This document shows positions 37,651 to 46,196 of a stretch of 64,000 nucleotides of DNA, piece after piece. The notes below the pieces were generated by a model, which was not told the DNA's origin, did not search any database, and saw only the letters and a list, made by a program, of their open reading frames with translations. The stretch spans positions 1,600,001 to 1,664,000 of the forward strand of contig OY968762.1 of the NCBI GenBank assembly GCA_963695225.1, given 5' to 3'. The position numbers and the translations under genes are program-made. Position 1 is the stretch's first letter, and the number at the start of each line of letters is the position of its first letter. The stretch comes from Vulcanimicrobiota bacterium. GTDB lineage: Bacteria; Vulcanimicrobiota; Vulcanimicrobiia; Vulcanimicrobiales; Vulcanimicrobiaceae.

Positions 37651-38594
37651 CCGCGCACTCCCGAGGGCGCCGCGGCCGCTCGATAGGCCAGCAACAAGGC
37701 TCCTTCGACCGGCGAGCGGCGCGGGGCCCGCACGTCGTACGTTTCGCCGGCGAGCGCGAGCGCGAAGCGCTCGCGGATCGCCGGCTCCGCGAAGAGGCCG
37801 CCGGAGTAGGAAACGCGACGGGGCCGCTCCGGCGCCAAACGCGCATCGGCGACGGTGACGAGTTGCGCCAGACGGGCTACAGCTTCGTCGACGAGTTCCC
37901 CGGCCGCCTCGCATTCGGTGCGGTCCGTTCGCACGAGCGTCATCGCGAATTCCGCGATCGCGCCGCGCGAGAGCGCGCCGCTCGCGAAGCCGTGTTGGAT
38001 CTCGCGCAAGGAACGGACGCCGAAGTGCTCGCGCACGAGCTTGACGAGCGCGTGGTCGGCGCGGCTCGCGAAATTCCCGCGATCCCGGGCGCGCATCGCT
38101 CGCGCGATCGCGTTGCGTGCGAGCCGGAACGCACTGCCTTCGTCGCCGAACATATAGCCCCAGCCGCCGACCCGCAGGCTGCGGCCCGCGGAGTCGGTCG
38201 CGAGGGCGGCGCTTCCGGTTCCGGCGATCACGACGATTCCCGGCTCTCCGCCGAGCGCCCCGGCGTGCGCGATCTCGCCGTCGTGCACGAAGCGGAGCAG
38301 TTCGATCGCGCTTTGCGGCGGCGCGGCCTCGATCTCGTAGCCGTCATACCCGCTCAGGCCCGCGACGAGCGCGCGCAAGCGCGGCAAGCCCGTCAGTCCG
38401 GCTTGGGGCCACGCGGCGGCGAGCAGCGCATCGATCGCGTCGGCTCGGCGGCGGGAACCCGGCGCTTCGCCCACGAGATCGCAGGCGGGGCCGCGCACAC
38501 GGACCGATTTCGTGCCGGCCTCGTTCGCCAGGATGAGATCGCTCCCGGATTGCCCCCCGTCGATGCCGGCAAACCACGTCACGGCGCAAACCAC
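37647..38594 (-). CDS. BadF/BadG/BcrA/BcrD-type N-acetylglucosamine/MurNAc kinase
   Basis: AGIDGGQS, VVIAGTGS, GGWGYMFGDEGSA. Confidence 0.88.
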   Translation of the reverse strand: MVCAVTWFAGIDGGQSGSDLILANEAGTKSVRVRGPACDLVGEAPGSRRRADAIDALLAAAWPQAGLTGLPRLRALVAGLSGYDGYEIEAAPPQSAIELLRFVHDGEIAHAGALGGEPGIVVIAGTGSAALATDSAGRSLRVGGWGYMFGDEGSAFRLARNAIARAMRARDRGNFASRADHALVKLVREHFGVRSLREIQHGFASGALSRGAIAEFAMTLVRTDRTECEAAGELVDEAVARLAQLVTVADARLAPERPRRVSYSGGLFAEPAIRERFALALAGETYDVRAPRRSPVEGALLLAYRAAAAPSGVRG

Positions 38595-38914
38595 CGCTCG
38601 AACGAGGCCGCCGGCACGCCGCTTTCCGCCTCGGCGCGAGCGTGCGCGCGCCGCTCGTCCGCGCCGCGATCCGCCCCGCGGTCTTCGGCATGTGCGAGTT
38701 CGTGCGCGATCGCGTAAGCGAGAAACGCCTCCGCCGCCTCGTCTCCGGCGCGTTCGCGAACGCGCGCCAGCGCCCCGCGGTCGATGCGAATCGTGCGCTC
38801 GGCCGGGTCGCGTTCGGCGAACAGGCGCGCGCGCGCGCCCCAGGTCCCGAGATCCGCGAGCACTGCCACGTATCCGCCGGCGGCCGCGCGCGCCGCGAGC
38901 GCGGCGGGGATCAC
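38579..38914 (-). CDS. Small hypothetical protein with HExxH zincin motif
   Basis: GTG overlapping the upstream stop; AIAHELAH followed by E (DERRA). Confidence 0.6.
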   Translation of the reverse strand: MIPAALAARAAAGGYVAVLADLGTWGARARLFAERDPAERTIRIDRGALARVRERAGDEAAEAFLAYAIAHELAHAEDRGADRGADERRAHARAEAESGVPAASFERWFAP

Positions 38915-40290
38915 GCGGGCATCTCCGCCGGACGGCGTAGATCGACGCCCGCGCCCGCCAGACGCCGCCGCAGTTCGCCCGTGTCGATCGCGCGCGGCTC
39001 GACGCCGCTCTCCAGCGCGGAATGCGCCGCGGTACCGGCCGCTTGGCCGAGCGTCATGACGGTCGGCGTGAGGCGCGTCGAGGCCAGCGCCTCGTGCGTC
39101 GTCGAAATGCAGCGGCCCGCCACGATCAAGCCGTCGACGCGTTCGGGGACGAGGCAGCGATAGGGAATCTCGTAGCTCCCGCCGGGCGCGAGGCGGTGCG
39201 TCGTCGTCCCGCTTCCCGAAGGGTTGTGGATGTCGATCGGATACGCGCTGCGAGCGACCGCATCGTCGAACGTGCGCCCGGAGAGCACGTCGCCCCGCGT
39301 GAGCGTGTACGCACCCACGATGCGGCGCGATTCGCGGATCCCGATCTGCGCCGCCGTCGCCGCGATGCGCGCGTTCTCGAAACCCGGGACGTCGCGCCGG
39401 AAGAATTCGAGCAGTTCCATTACCTGCCCGCGCGCTTCGATCTCCGCGCGCGTCAAATCGTCGGGATCGAGCGGATCGATATCGACGACGCGCGTCATGT
39501 TCACCGTCACCTCGTCGGGATACGGCGAGATGAAGAACGAGACCAGCTCGCGCGGAACGTGCACGGCGCCGCGCGCTTGCGCGGCGTGCCACAGGTCGTA
39601 GAGCCCGGCGACCGCCGTCAGCGCGGCGGGCGTGCGCTCGCCCGGCGGCAGGCTCGTGCGCATCTGGTCGGGATGCGCGCGGACGTACGCGGCGGTCGCG
39701 CTCAAGTCGACGTGACTCAAGCGGAACATCAAACTCGCCGGCTGCACGCAGCCTCGATCGTCGCCTTGCTGCACTTCGACGCCCGCCGACGCCGCCACGT
39801 AGGCGTCGGCCGTCGCGTCGATCGTCTGCCCGGCGCGCAACTCGCGCGTTCCGCCGACCGTCGCGAAGCGCCCGCCGGCAACCCGCCCGCGCTCGTCTTT
39901 GAGGGCGTCCAGGAAATAGGCGTGGAGCAGCAGCCGGACTCCCGATTCGCTCATCATCTCGAACAGGAGCGCCTTATGGATCTCCGGATCGAACGGAGTA
40001 ATCGTCGGGACGTAGGCGGACGCATCGGGGATGTGCCCGGGCGAAGCGCCGCGCGCGACGAGCCGCTCGACGATCTCTTGCGCGATCCCGCCGACGATCC
40101 GCTCCTTTCCGGAGTGGAACGTCATCCACGGGCCGACCATCCCGGCCGTCGCCGTCCCGCCCAAGAATCCGTAGCGTTCGACGAGCGTCGTGCGCGCGCC
40201 GCAGCGTGCGGCGGCGATCGCCGCCGCGCAGCCGGCGTTCCCGCCGCCGATCACGAGCACGTCGCTCGACGCCGGCACGCAATTTTTCAT
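38911..40290 (-). CDS. FAD-dependent oxidoreductase (FAD_oxidored-like)
   Basis: DVLVIGGGNAG, IDATADA, GIRESRRIVG, Y.IPYRCL, VAGRCIS, GQAAGTAA. Confidence 0.88.
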   Translation of the reverse strand: MKNCVPASSDVLVIGGGNAGCAAAIAAARCGARTTLVERYGFLGGTATAGMVGPWMTFHSGKERIVGGIAQEIVERLVARGASPGHIPDASAYVPTITPFDPEIHKALLFEMMSESGVRLLLHAYFLDALKDERGRVAGGRFATVGGTRELRAGQTIDATADAYVAASAGVEVQQGDDRGCVQPASLMFRLSHVDLSATAAYVRAHPDQMRTSLPPGERTPAALTAVAGLYDLWHAAQARGAVHVPRELVSFFISPYPDEVTVNMTRVVDIDPLDPDDLTRAEIEARGQVMELLEFFRRDVPGFENARIAATAAQIGIRESRRIVGAYTLTRGDVLSGRTFDDAVARSAYPIDIHNPSGSGTTTHRLAPGGSYEIPYRCLVPERVDGLIVAGRCISTTHEALASTRLTPTVMTLGQAAGTAAHSALESGVEPRAIDTGELRRRLAGAGVDLRRPAEMPA

Positions 40291-40348
40291 CGCGCGGTTG
40301 ATTTCCGTGCGGGACCTGTCGATCTTTCCCGATAGGAGGCTGCTTGTC

Positions 40349-42010
40349 TTGATTCCACGTTCCCCAGCCCCGGCGGCGTCGAAAGCCGTCGAGCTCGGCG
40401 CGTTCGCCGTCCGGTTCGAGGCTCCCGAAGGCGCCGCGCTGGAACGAATCCGGCCGTCGCGGCCGCGGCTGCGCGCGCCGGCCTCGTTCGACGACGGCTA
40501 CGGCGCGGGCCCGGTGCCCGGGCGCGAACGCGACCTCGCGCACGTCGCCGGGCTCTTCGCGGCGCCGGGGACGCGGGCCGTCGTCGTCCACGGGCCGCCC
40601 GGCTGCGGGAAGAGCGCGCTGCTCGCCGCGCTCGCGAGCGACGCGCGCCTGCGGGCCGCGCATCCCGGCGGCGTCATCGTCGCGACGGCGCGCCGGCGAA
40701 CCGCGGCCGATTGCGCGCTCGCGCTCTACCAGCGGTTCGTCGAAGACGGGGCGCCGCAGCGCACGCCGGCCGATCGCGAGATCGGGGAGGCGCTCAAGGC
40801 GTGCGATGCGCTCGTCGTGCTCGACGACGCTCCGGTGGGCTTCGCGCTCTCGACGTTGCTCGCGCTCGCTCCGCGCGCGCAGTTCCTGGTCGCGGCCTCC
40901 GAGCCGCTCGTCACCGCCGGGGCCCTGAACTATCCGCTCGACGGACTGGACGAAGCGGAGGCGGTGTTACTCGCCGGCGATCGACTCGACCCGTGGAGCG
41001 CCGCCGCGGCGCGCGACGCGATCCGCGTGCTCTGCACCGCGCTGGCAGGGAACCCGGGCCGCATCCGGCAGCTCGCGACGCACGCACGCACGATGGGCTG
41101 GCCCTTGCGCGAGCTCGCCGGCCACTTGCGCGGCCCCGAAGATTTCGACCGGACGCGCCTCGCCGAGGTCGCGAGCAAACTCGACGACGAGCAGCGGTCG
41201 ATCCTCGAAGCCGCCGCGCTCTTCGGCGAGGCGGCCGTCTGCGGCGGAAAAGCCGAGGACCCGGCCTTCCCCGACCTCCACGCGCTCGAAGAGTTGCGCC
41301 TGCTGGATCGCGCGCCCGGCGGGCTGAAGCTCGCGACGGGCCTGGCAGAATCGCTCGCAAGCCAACTGGACGATCCGGAGAGGCTCGATGCGGCGATCGA
41401 ATGGTTCGACGAACGCTTCGCGGCGTATGGGGAACTCATGGCGAACGACCTCGGGCGTCTCGCCGACCTCGCGGACGGCGTGCGCAGGCTCGCCCAATTG
41501 GGCCGGCCCGCCGCCGTCGTGCGCTTCGGGCGCCCCGTCAGCGACGCGCTCGCTGCGCGCGCGCAGTGGTGCGCATGGGAGGAGACCGTCTCGCACATCG
41601 CCGTCGCCGCAGATCGCCTCGGCGACCGCTCCTCGCAAGCCTGGGCGAACCATCAGACCGGCGTGCACGCGCTCGCAACCGGAGAACGGAACGTCGCGCG
41701 CGCCGCGCTCGAGCAAGCGCTCGAACAGCGCGAGGCCCTGTGCGACGAGCCCGGTGCGGAACTGACGCGGCGCCAACTCGCGCTCCTGGACGCGCGCCGC
41801 CCGAACGCGCCCGCGCGCCGGATCGTGGCGCTCGCCGCGGGGTTCGCGCTCGCGCTCGCCGCCGGTTTCGGCCTCGGCACGATCTACGGTGCGAACGCCA
41901 AGGCCTTGCACGCGGCGCAGGCTCCGAAGGCGGCGCACTCCGTCAATGCCGAGCGCCCGCCGCGGTCCGCCGCACGGGCTGCGGCGCGGAGCGCTTCACC
42001 GGCTTCTTAG
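40349..42010 (+). CDS. STAND/NB-ARC-like P-loop ATPase with helical (TPR-like) region and C-terminal TM helix
   Basis: AGGAGG RBS + TTG; GRERDL, Walker A GPPGCGKS, Walker B LVVLDD, GNP motif, TM IVALAAGFALALAAGFGLG. Confidence 0.7.
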   Translation: MIPRSPAPAASKAVELGAFAVRFEAPEGAALERIRPSRPRLRAPASFDDGYGAGPVPGRERDLAHVAGLFAAPGTRAVVVHGPPGCGKSALLAALASDARLRAAHPGGVIVATARRRTAADCALALYQRFVEDGAPQRTPADREIGEALKACDALVVLDDAPVGFALSTLLALAPRAQFLVAASEPLVTAGALNYPLDGLDEAEAVLLAGDRLDPWSAAAARDAIRVLCTALAGNPGRIRQLATHARTMGWPLRELAGHLRGPEDFDRTRLAEVASKLDDEQRSILEAAALFGEAAVCGGKAEDPAFPDLHALEELRLLDRAPGGLKLATGLAESLASQLDDPERLDAAIEWFDERFAAYGELMANDLGRLADLADGVRRLAQLGRPAAVVRFGRPVSDALAARAQWCAWEETVSHIAVAADRLGDRSSQAWANHQTGVHALATGERNVARAALEQALEQREALCDEPGAELTRRQLALLDARRPNAPARRIVALAAGFALALAAGFGLGTIYGANAKALHAAQAPKAAHSVNAERPPRSAARAAARSASPAS

Positions 42011-44139
42011 GCGGGGCGGCGCGCCGAGAGGATCGCGACCGGCGTCGCCGGCTCCAAGCCGCGCAGCTCTTCGGCGGCGAGCGCGAGCACTTGCGCCGGC
42101 TCAGCGAGCGTTCCGAGGTCGGCGACGCGCCGCCCGTAGAGCAGCGTCGTCTCGGGGAGCGCCCTGCCGACGTCGCCGAAGCTCGTCATCGCTTCGAGGA
42201 CGCGCCCCAACGCCGCCTCGAGGCGCGCGGCGGGCGCGATTTCGACGGTACCGCGCCGGACGAGGACGCGCACGACGGCGCGGTCGTCGACGGCCGCGAT
42301 ATCCACCTCGTGCGTCCGCCGGTTCCGGCGCGCGGCAAAAAGAACGAACGTGCCGGCGTAGACCGGCGCTTCGAGATCCTCCGCCCGCGCGCGCAGCGCG
42401 CGGAGCGCTGCCGCGCGGCGCTCCGCGTCCGTCGCCTCGCACGCTTGCGCCGCGTGCGCGGCGGCGGCCGTCGCACCCGAGGCCGTCGCGCGGACGAGAT
42501 TGCGCCGTGCGTCGATTTCGACGGAGACCTCGACGAGGTCGGGGGCGGCGCCCGCCGCGACGACGCGTTCGAACGCTTCGCGCCGGATGCGCACGACGTC
42601 GTCGGGGGACGGATTCACGACGGTCCGTTCGACGACGTCCCGCACGAGCGCGAGCGCGACGCCGATCGGCGAGATCACCTCCGCATCGCGCGCCAGGCGG
42701 TGCGGGAAGCCGAGCCGTTCGGCTGCGAACGGAACGAGCGCCGCGGCTCCGCCGCCGCCGCCGACGAGTTCGGCCGTCTGCGGATCGAGTTCGTAGTCGT
42801 CGATCAGTTCCGCGATCGCGGCGGCGAGCTTGTCGCTCGCTCGAACGAGGATCGCACGCGCGAGCTCTTCGCCGGGGCAGCCCAGGTGCGCACCGGCGAG
42901 CGCGAACGCCGCTGCGACGGCCGCGCGATCGCCGCGCGCGAACGCGCCTTCCGGCACGTAGCCGAGCAGGTTCGCGGCACACGTCGGCGTTAGCGCGGCG
43001 CGCCCGCCCGAATTGGTTTCGAACGCAAGGTAATCGTCGGGGTCCCCCGGCTGCGGACGGACGAACGCGATCCGCGCCCCCGCGAACTCGCGAGCTTCCA
43101 TGAACGCCGCGTAACGCAAGCCCGCGATGTGCGCGGAACGCGGACCGACGTCGCGCAACGCTGCGCTGCCGCGCCCTTGCGGATCGAGCCGGACGAGGCT
43201 GCCGCCCGCGATCCCGAGCGTTCGCACGTCGAGGTTTCGCAGCATCGTGCGGTGCCCGCCGACGCGCGCCGGGCGCATCTGCGGCAAGCCACGGCGGATC
43301 ACGGAGCAATCCGCGCTCGTTCCGCCCACTTCGATGAAGATGCCGTCCGTGACGTTCTCGTGCAGGAGCGCACCCGCGATTCCGGCCGCCGGCCCCGAGA
43401 GCATCGTGAGGATCGGCCGTTCCGCGACGTCGCGCACGTCCATCACGCCCCCGTCGCTGCGCATGATCATCAGCGGAACGCCGATGCCGGCGCGCTCGAC
43501 GGCGCCCGCCGTCATGCGCGCGGTCCGCACCATCGTCGGCAAAATCGCGGCGTTGAGCACGGCCGTCCGCGTCCGCGCGCGCAAGCCGTACATCGCCGAA
43601 ACGTCGTGCCCGCTCGTCGCGAAGAAGCCTCCCTCGCGCGCGAGCGAGACGGCGCGTCGTTCGCGCTGCGGGCGATCGACGCCGAACGCCTCGCTGACGG
43701 CGACCGCTTCGCTCCCCGCCGCGCGCAGCGTCGCGAGTGCAGCCGCGACCGACTCGCGTTCGCCGTTCGAGAAGGCGACCTCCGCTCGCAGTTCCGAATT
43801 CGGGCCCAGGCGGATCGGGGGCAGCCGCAATTGCCTGCGCGCGAGCCACGCGCGCGGCCCCGCGAGCCCCAGGATGCCGACGCGCGCGACGTCCCCTTCG
43901 AGCAGCGCGTTCGTCGCCTGCGTCGTCGAGTGCGCGATGAACGCGATCCGTTCGGCGGATATCCCCGGCGTCGCCAGCAGCGCCTGCACGCCCGACACGA
44001 TGCCGGCCGCGACGCCCTCGCTCCCGCGATGCGTCGTCGGCACCTTGATGCGCGCGACGACCGCCCGCGTCGCCGCATCGATCGCGACGACGTCCGTAAA
44101 CGTTCCCCCGACGTCGATGCCGACGCGCAGCGCCGTCAT
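42007..44139 (-). CDS. Hydantoinase/oxoprolinase family protein
   Basis: MTALRVGIDVGGTFTD, HSTTQATNALLEG, SDGG, LSGPAAG, EVGGTS, GGGG. Confidence 0.9.
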   Translation of the reverse strand: MTALRVGIDVGGTFTDVVAIDAATRAVVARIKVPTTHRGSEGVAAGIVSGVQALLATPGISAERIAFIAHSTTQATNALLEGDVARVGILGLAGPRAWLARRQLRLPPIRLGPNSELRAEVAFSNGERESVAAALATLRAAGSEAVAVSEAFGVDRPQRERRAVSLAREGGFFATSGHDVSAMYGLRARTRTAVLNAAILPTMVRTARMTAGAVERAGIGVPLMIMRSDGGVMDVRDVAERPILTMLSGPAAGIAGALLHENVTDGIFIEVGGTSADCSVIRRGLPQMRPARVGGHRTMLRNLDVRTLGIAGGSLVRLDPQGRGSAALRDVGPRSAHIAGLRYAAFMEAREFAGARIAFVRPQPGDPDDYLAFETNSGGRAALTPTCAANLLGYVPEGAFARGDRAAVAAAFALAGAHLGCPGEELARAILVRASDKLAAAIAELIDDYELDPQTAELVGGGGGAAALVPFAAERLGFPHRLARDAEVISPIGVALALVRDVVERTVVNPSPDDVVRIRREAFERVVAAGAAPDLVEVSVEIDARRNLVRATASGATAAAAHAAQACEATDAERRAAALRALRARAEDLEAPVYAGTFVLFAARRNRRTHEVDIAAVDDRAVVRVLVRRGTVEIAPAARLEAALGRVLEAMTSFGDVGRALPETTLLYGRRVADLGTLAEPAQVLALAAEELRGLEPATPVAILSARRPA

Positions 44140-46196
44140 GGATGCCGGGGCTCCGGCGCAAGGGCCCGCGGGCTGGCGACGGGCGCCGGATACGGAGCGC
44201 CGAACGTGACGGTGCGCTCGGGGCCGTTGATTCCGCTCGTCACCACGAACGTATGCGGCAACCCGTCGTAGGCGCGGCGCTGCGTTTGGAACGTGCCGTA
44301 CTCCCACCAATACTTCCCGTCGAGTTTCACGACGATGTCGTTCGTGCGCAGCCCGGCCTCCCACGCCGGTCCTCCGGCGCGCACGAAGGCGCGCATCTGA
44401 CCGTCGTTCGTCTTGAAGAGCGCGTAGAAATACGTCGGGGGCGCGTCGGATTCGTCGTACGCGAGTCCGCGAGCGAAGAGCGCTCCGGCGACCGCGGGCC
44501 GTTCGTGCATCCACGTCCGCAGGCGCACGAGCGCGGCGAAGGCGGCGTTGCGGATCTCGTCGTTCGTCGCGCCCTCGCTGGACGAACGCACGACGTGCCA
44601 CTGCTCGACCGGCCACCCCGCGCAATCGTCGAGGAACAGGCCCAGATCGAACGTGGGGCGGGGATCGCGTCCGAGCACCGTCACCACCGCGCGCCCGACC
44701 GCCGCATACGGCTTGCGCGCGCAATCGCTCGCGGCCGGATCGCCCTCGAGCGCCAACGTGCGGAAGCCTTTCCAACCGCCGTCGATCTCGCCGCGGATCG
44801 TCTCGACGGCCAGTTCCGCGAGCGGTTCGTCGCCGCGCGCGAACGCGATCGTGCGCGCGGCTTCCGGCGGGCTGAACAGCCCGGAGGGCGCCGTCGCGGC
44901 GGCGGCGGGCGCGCCCGCATGCGGAAAGACGGGGATGCCGAAGAACGCGCCCCCGAAGAACGCGACGGCGAGCGCCGCGGCCGTCGCGACCGCGACCTGA
45001 TACGGAAGCGTCGCGCGCATGATCTCCTCGACCCGCACGCCCGTGAAGTTCGCGACCCAGACGTTCTGCGTATTCGTCGGATCGCAGACGTTCTGAACCT
45101 GCACGACCGCCATGATCGCCGCGACCAGCACCACCGGCGGTAAGAGCCCGAGACCGGCCAGGACCGCGTACACGCCGATCCCCACCCCGACCGGATTGAG
45201 CGGCCCGCGATAGAGCGCGAGCGGGCTCGCCAGGCCGAAGAGCACCACGTACCCGACCGCGCCGCGCGGCGCGATCGCGGAAACGACCGGCTCGAGCGCG
45301 AGCTTCACCGAAGGCAGTCTCGTCGCGACGAGCAGCATTCCGATCCCCATGAACAAGAGCACCGCCGGGGCGACGTCCTCGACCCCCCGGATCGCCGCCG
45401 CGACGAGCGTCTCGACGGCGCGGCGCGGTTCGGCTGCGAGCGCGCCGTAGATCGCGGCGAGCGCGAACGCGGGGATCGGGTTCATCCCAAACGCGTAGTA
45501 CAGCACGATCGGAAGGACCGGCGCGAGCAGCGCGAACCAGGGGACGCGCTTGCGCGCGAGCGGTTCGTCGAGCGCAACGCTCCAGGCCGCGTACCCGCGC
45601 TGCTTGCGAAAGCCGAGCGCGACGAACGCGGCGAGTGCGACGAGGTCGATCGCGGCGAGCGCGAGCGCGTACGCGTGCAACGCGCCCGGATCGACGGAGA
45701 ACGTCTCCGTGTAGAACTTCCACTGCGAGATGTTGAAGATGAACCCGAGCGCGAACGACATCAAGAACAGCGTCGCGGCGAGCCGGCGCGGAATGCCGAG
45801 CGTCAACATGATCGGGAGGACGATCGATCCGACCATGATGATCGCGCCGAGCCCCGCTAGCGACGTGAAGAGGAACGCGACGGCCGCGCACAGCGAGAGC
45901 GCGAGCACGATCGGGCGATCTCCGCCGAACTCGGCCGCGTAATTCACGATCGTCTCGGCGATTCCGGTCGACATCGTCACGCGGCTGAGCCAGGCGCCGA
46001 GGATCACCGTCGCGATCACGCTCTTCAGTTGCACCGTCCCGTCGATCGCCACGCTCGCAACGCCGTCCCAACCCGCCCCGCCGAGCACGGCGACGGCCAG
46101 CGCCATCAACGGGACTGCCAAGAGCGCCGGGAGGATGCGCGCCGCCATCAACGCGGCGCAAGCCGCGAAGACGAGCAGCATCGCGACTCCGGTCAC
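44136..46196 (-). CDS. Multi-pass transporter (GntP/citrate-like) fused to a soluble C-terminal domain with a PDZ-like segment
   Basis: About 12 hydrophobic helices, then a hydrophilic region containing GGPAWEAGLRTNDIVVKLDG. Confidence 0.7.
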   Translation of the reverse strand: MTGVAMLLVFAACAALMAARILPALLAVPLMALAVAVLGGAGWDGVASVAIDGTVQLKSVIATVILGAWLSRVTMSTGIAETIVNYAAEFGGDRPIVLALSLCAAVAFLFTSLAGLGAIIMVGSIVLPIMLTLGIPRRLAATLFLMSFALGFIFNISQWKFYTETFSVDPGALHAYALALAAIDLVALAAFVALGFRKQRGYAAWSVALDEPLARKRVPWFALLAPVLPIVLYYAFGMNPIPAFALAAIYGALAAEPRRAVETLVAAAIRGVEDVAPAVLLFMGIGMLLVATRLPSVKLALEPVVSAIAPRGAVGYVVLFGLASPLALYRGPLNPVGVGIGVYAVLAGLGLLPPVVLVAAIMAVVQVQNVCDPTNTQNVWVANFTGVRVEEIMRATLPYQVAVATAAALAVAFFGGAFFGIPVFPHAGAPAAAATAPSGLFSPPEAARTIAFARGDEPLAELAVETIRGEIDGGWKGFRTLALEGDPAASDCARKPYAAVGRAVVTVLGRDPRPTFDLGLFLDDCAGWPVEQWHVVRSSSEGATNDEIRNAAFAALVRLRTWMHERPAVAGALFARGLAYDESDAPPTYFYALFKTNDGQMRAFVRAGGPAWEAGLRTNDIVVKLDGKYWWEYGTFQTQRRAYDGLPHTFVVTSGINGPERTVTFGAPYPAPVASPRALAPEPRHP

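Noticed and set aside
42007..46161. 1384-aa ORF and many other long Arg/Ala-rich ORFs in the track
   Set aside because: GC-rich shadow frames or 5' over-extensions. The hydantoinase starts at 44139, and its upstream extension overlaps the transporter in another frame.
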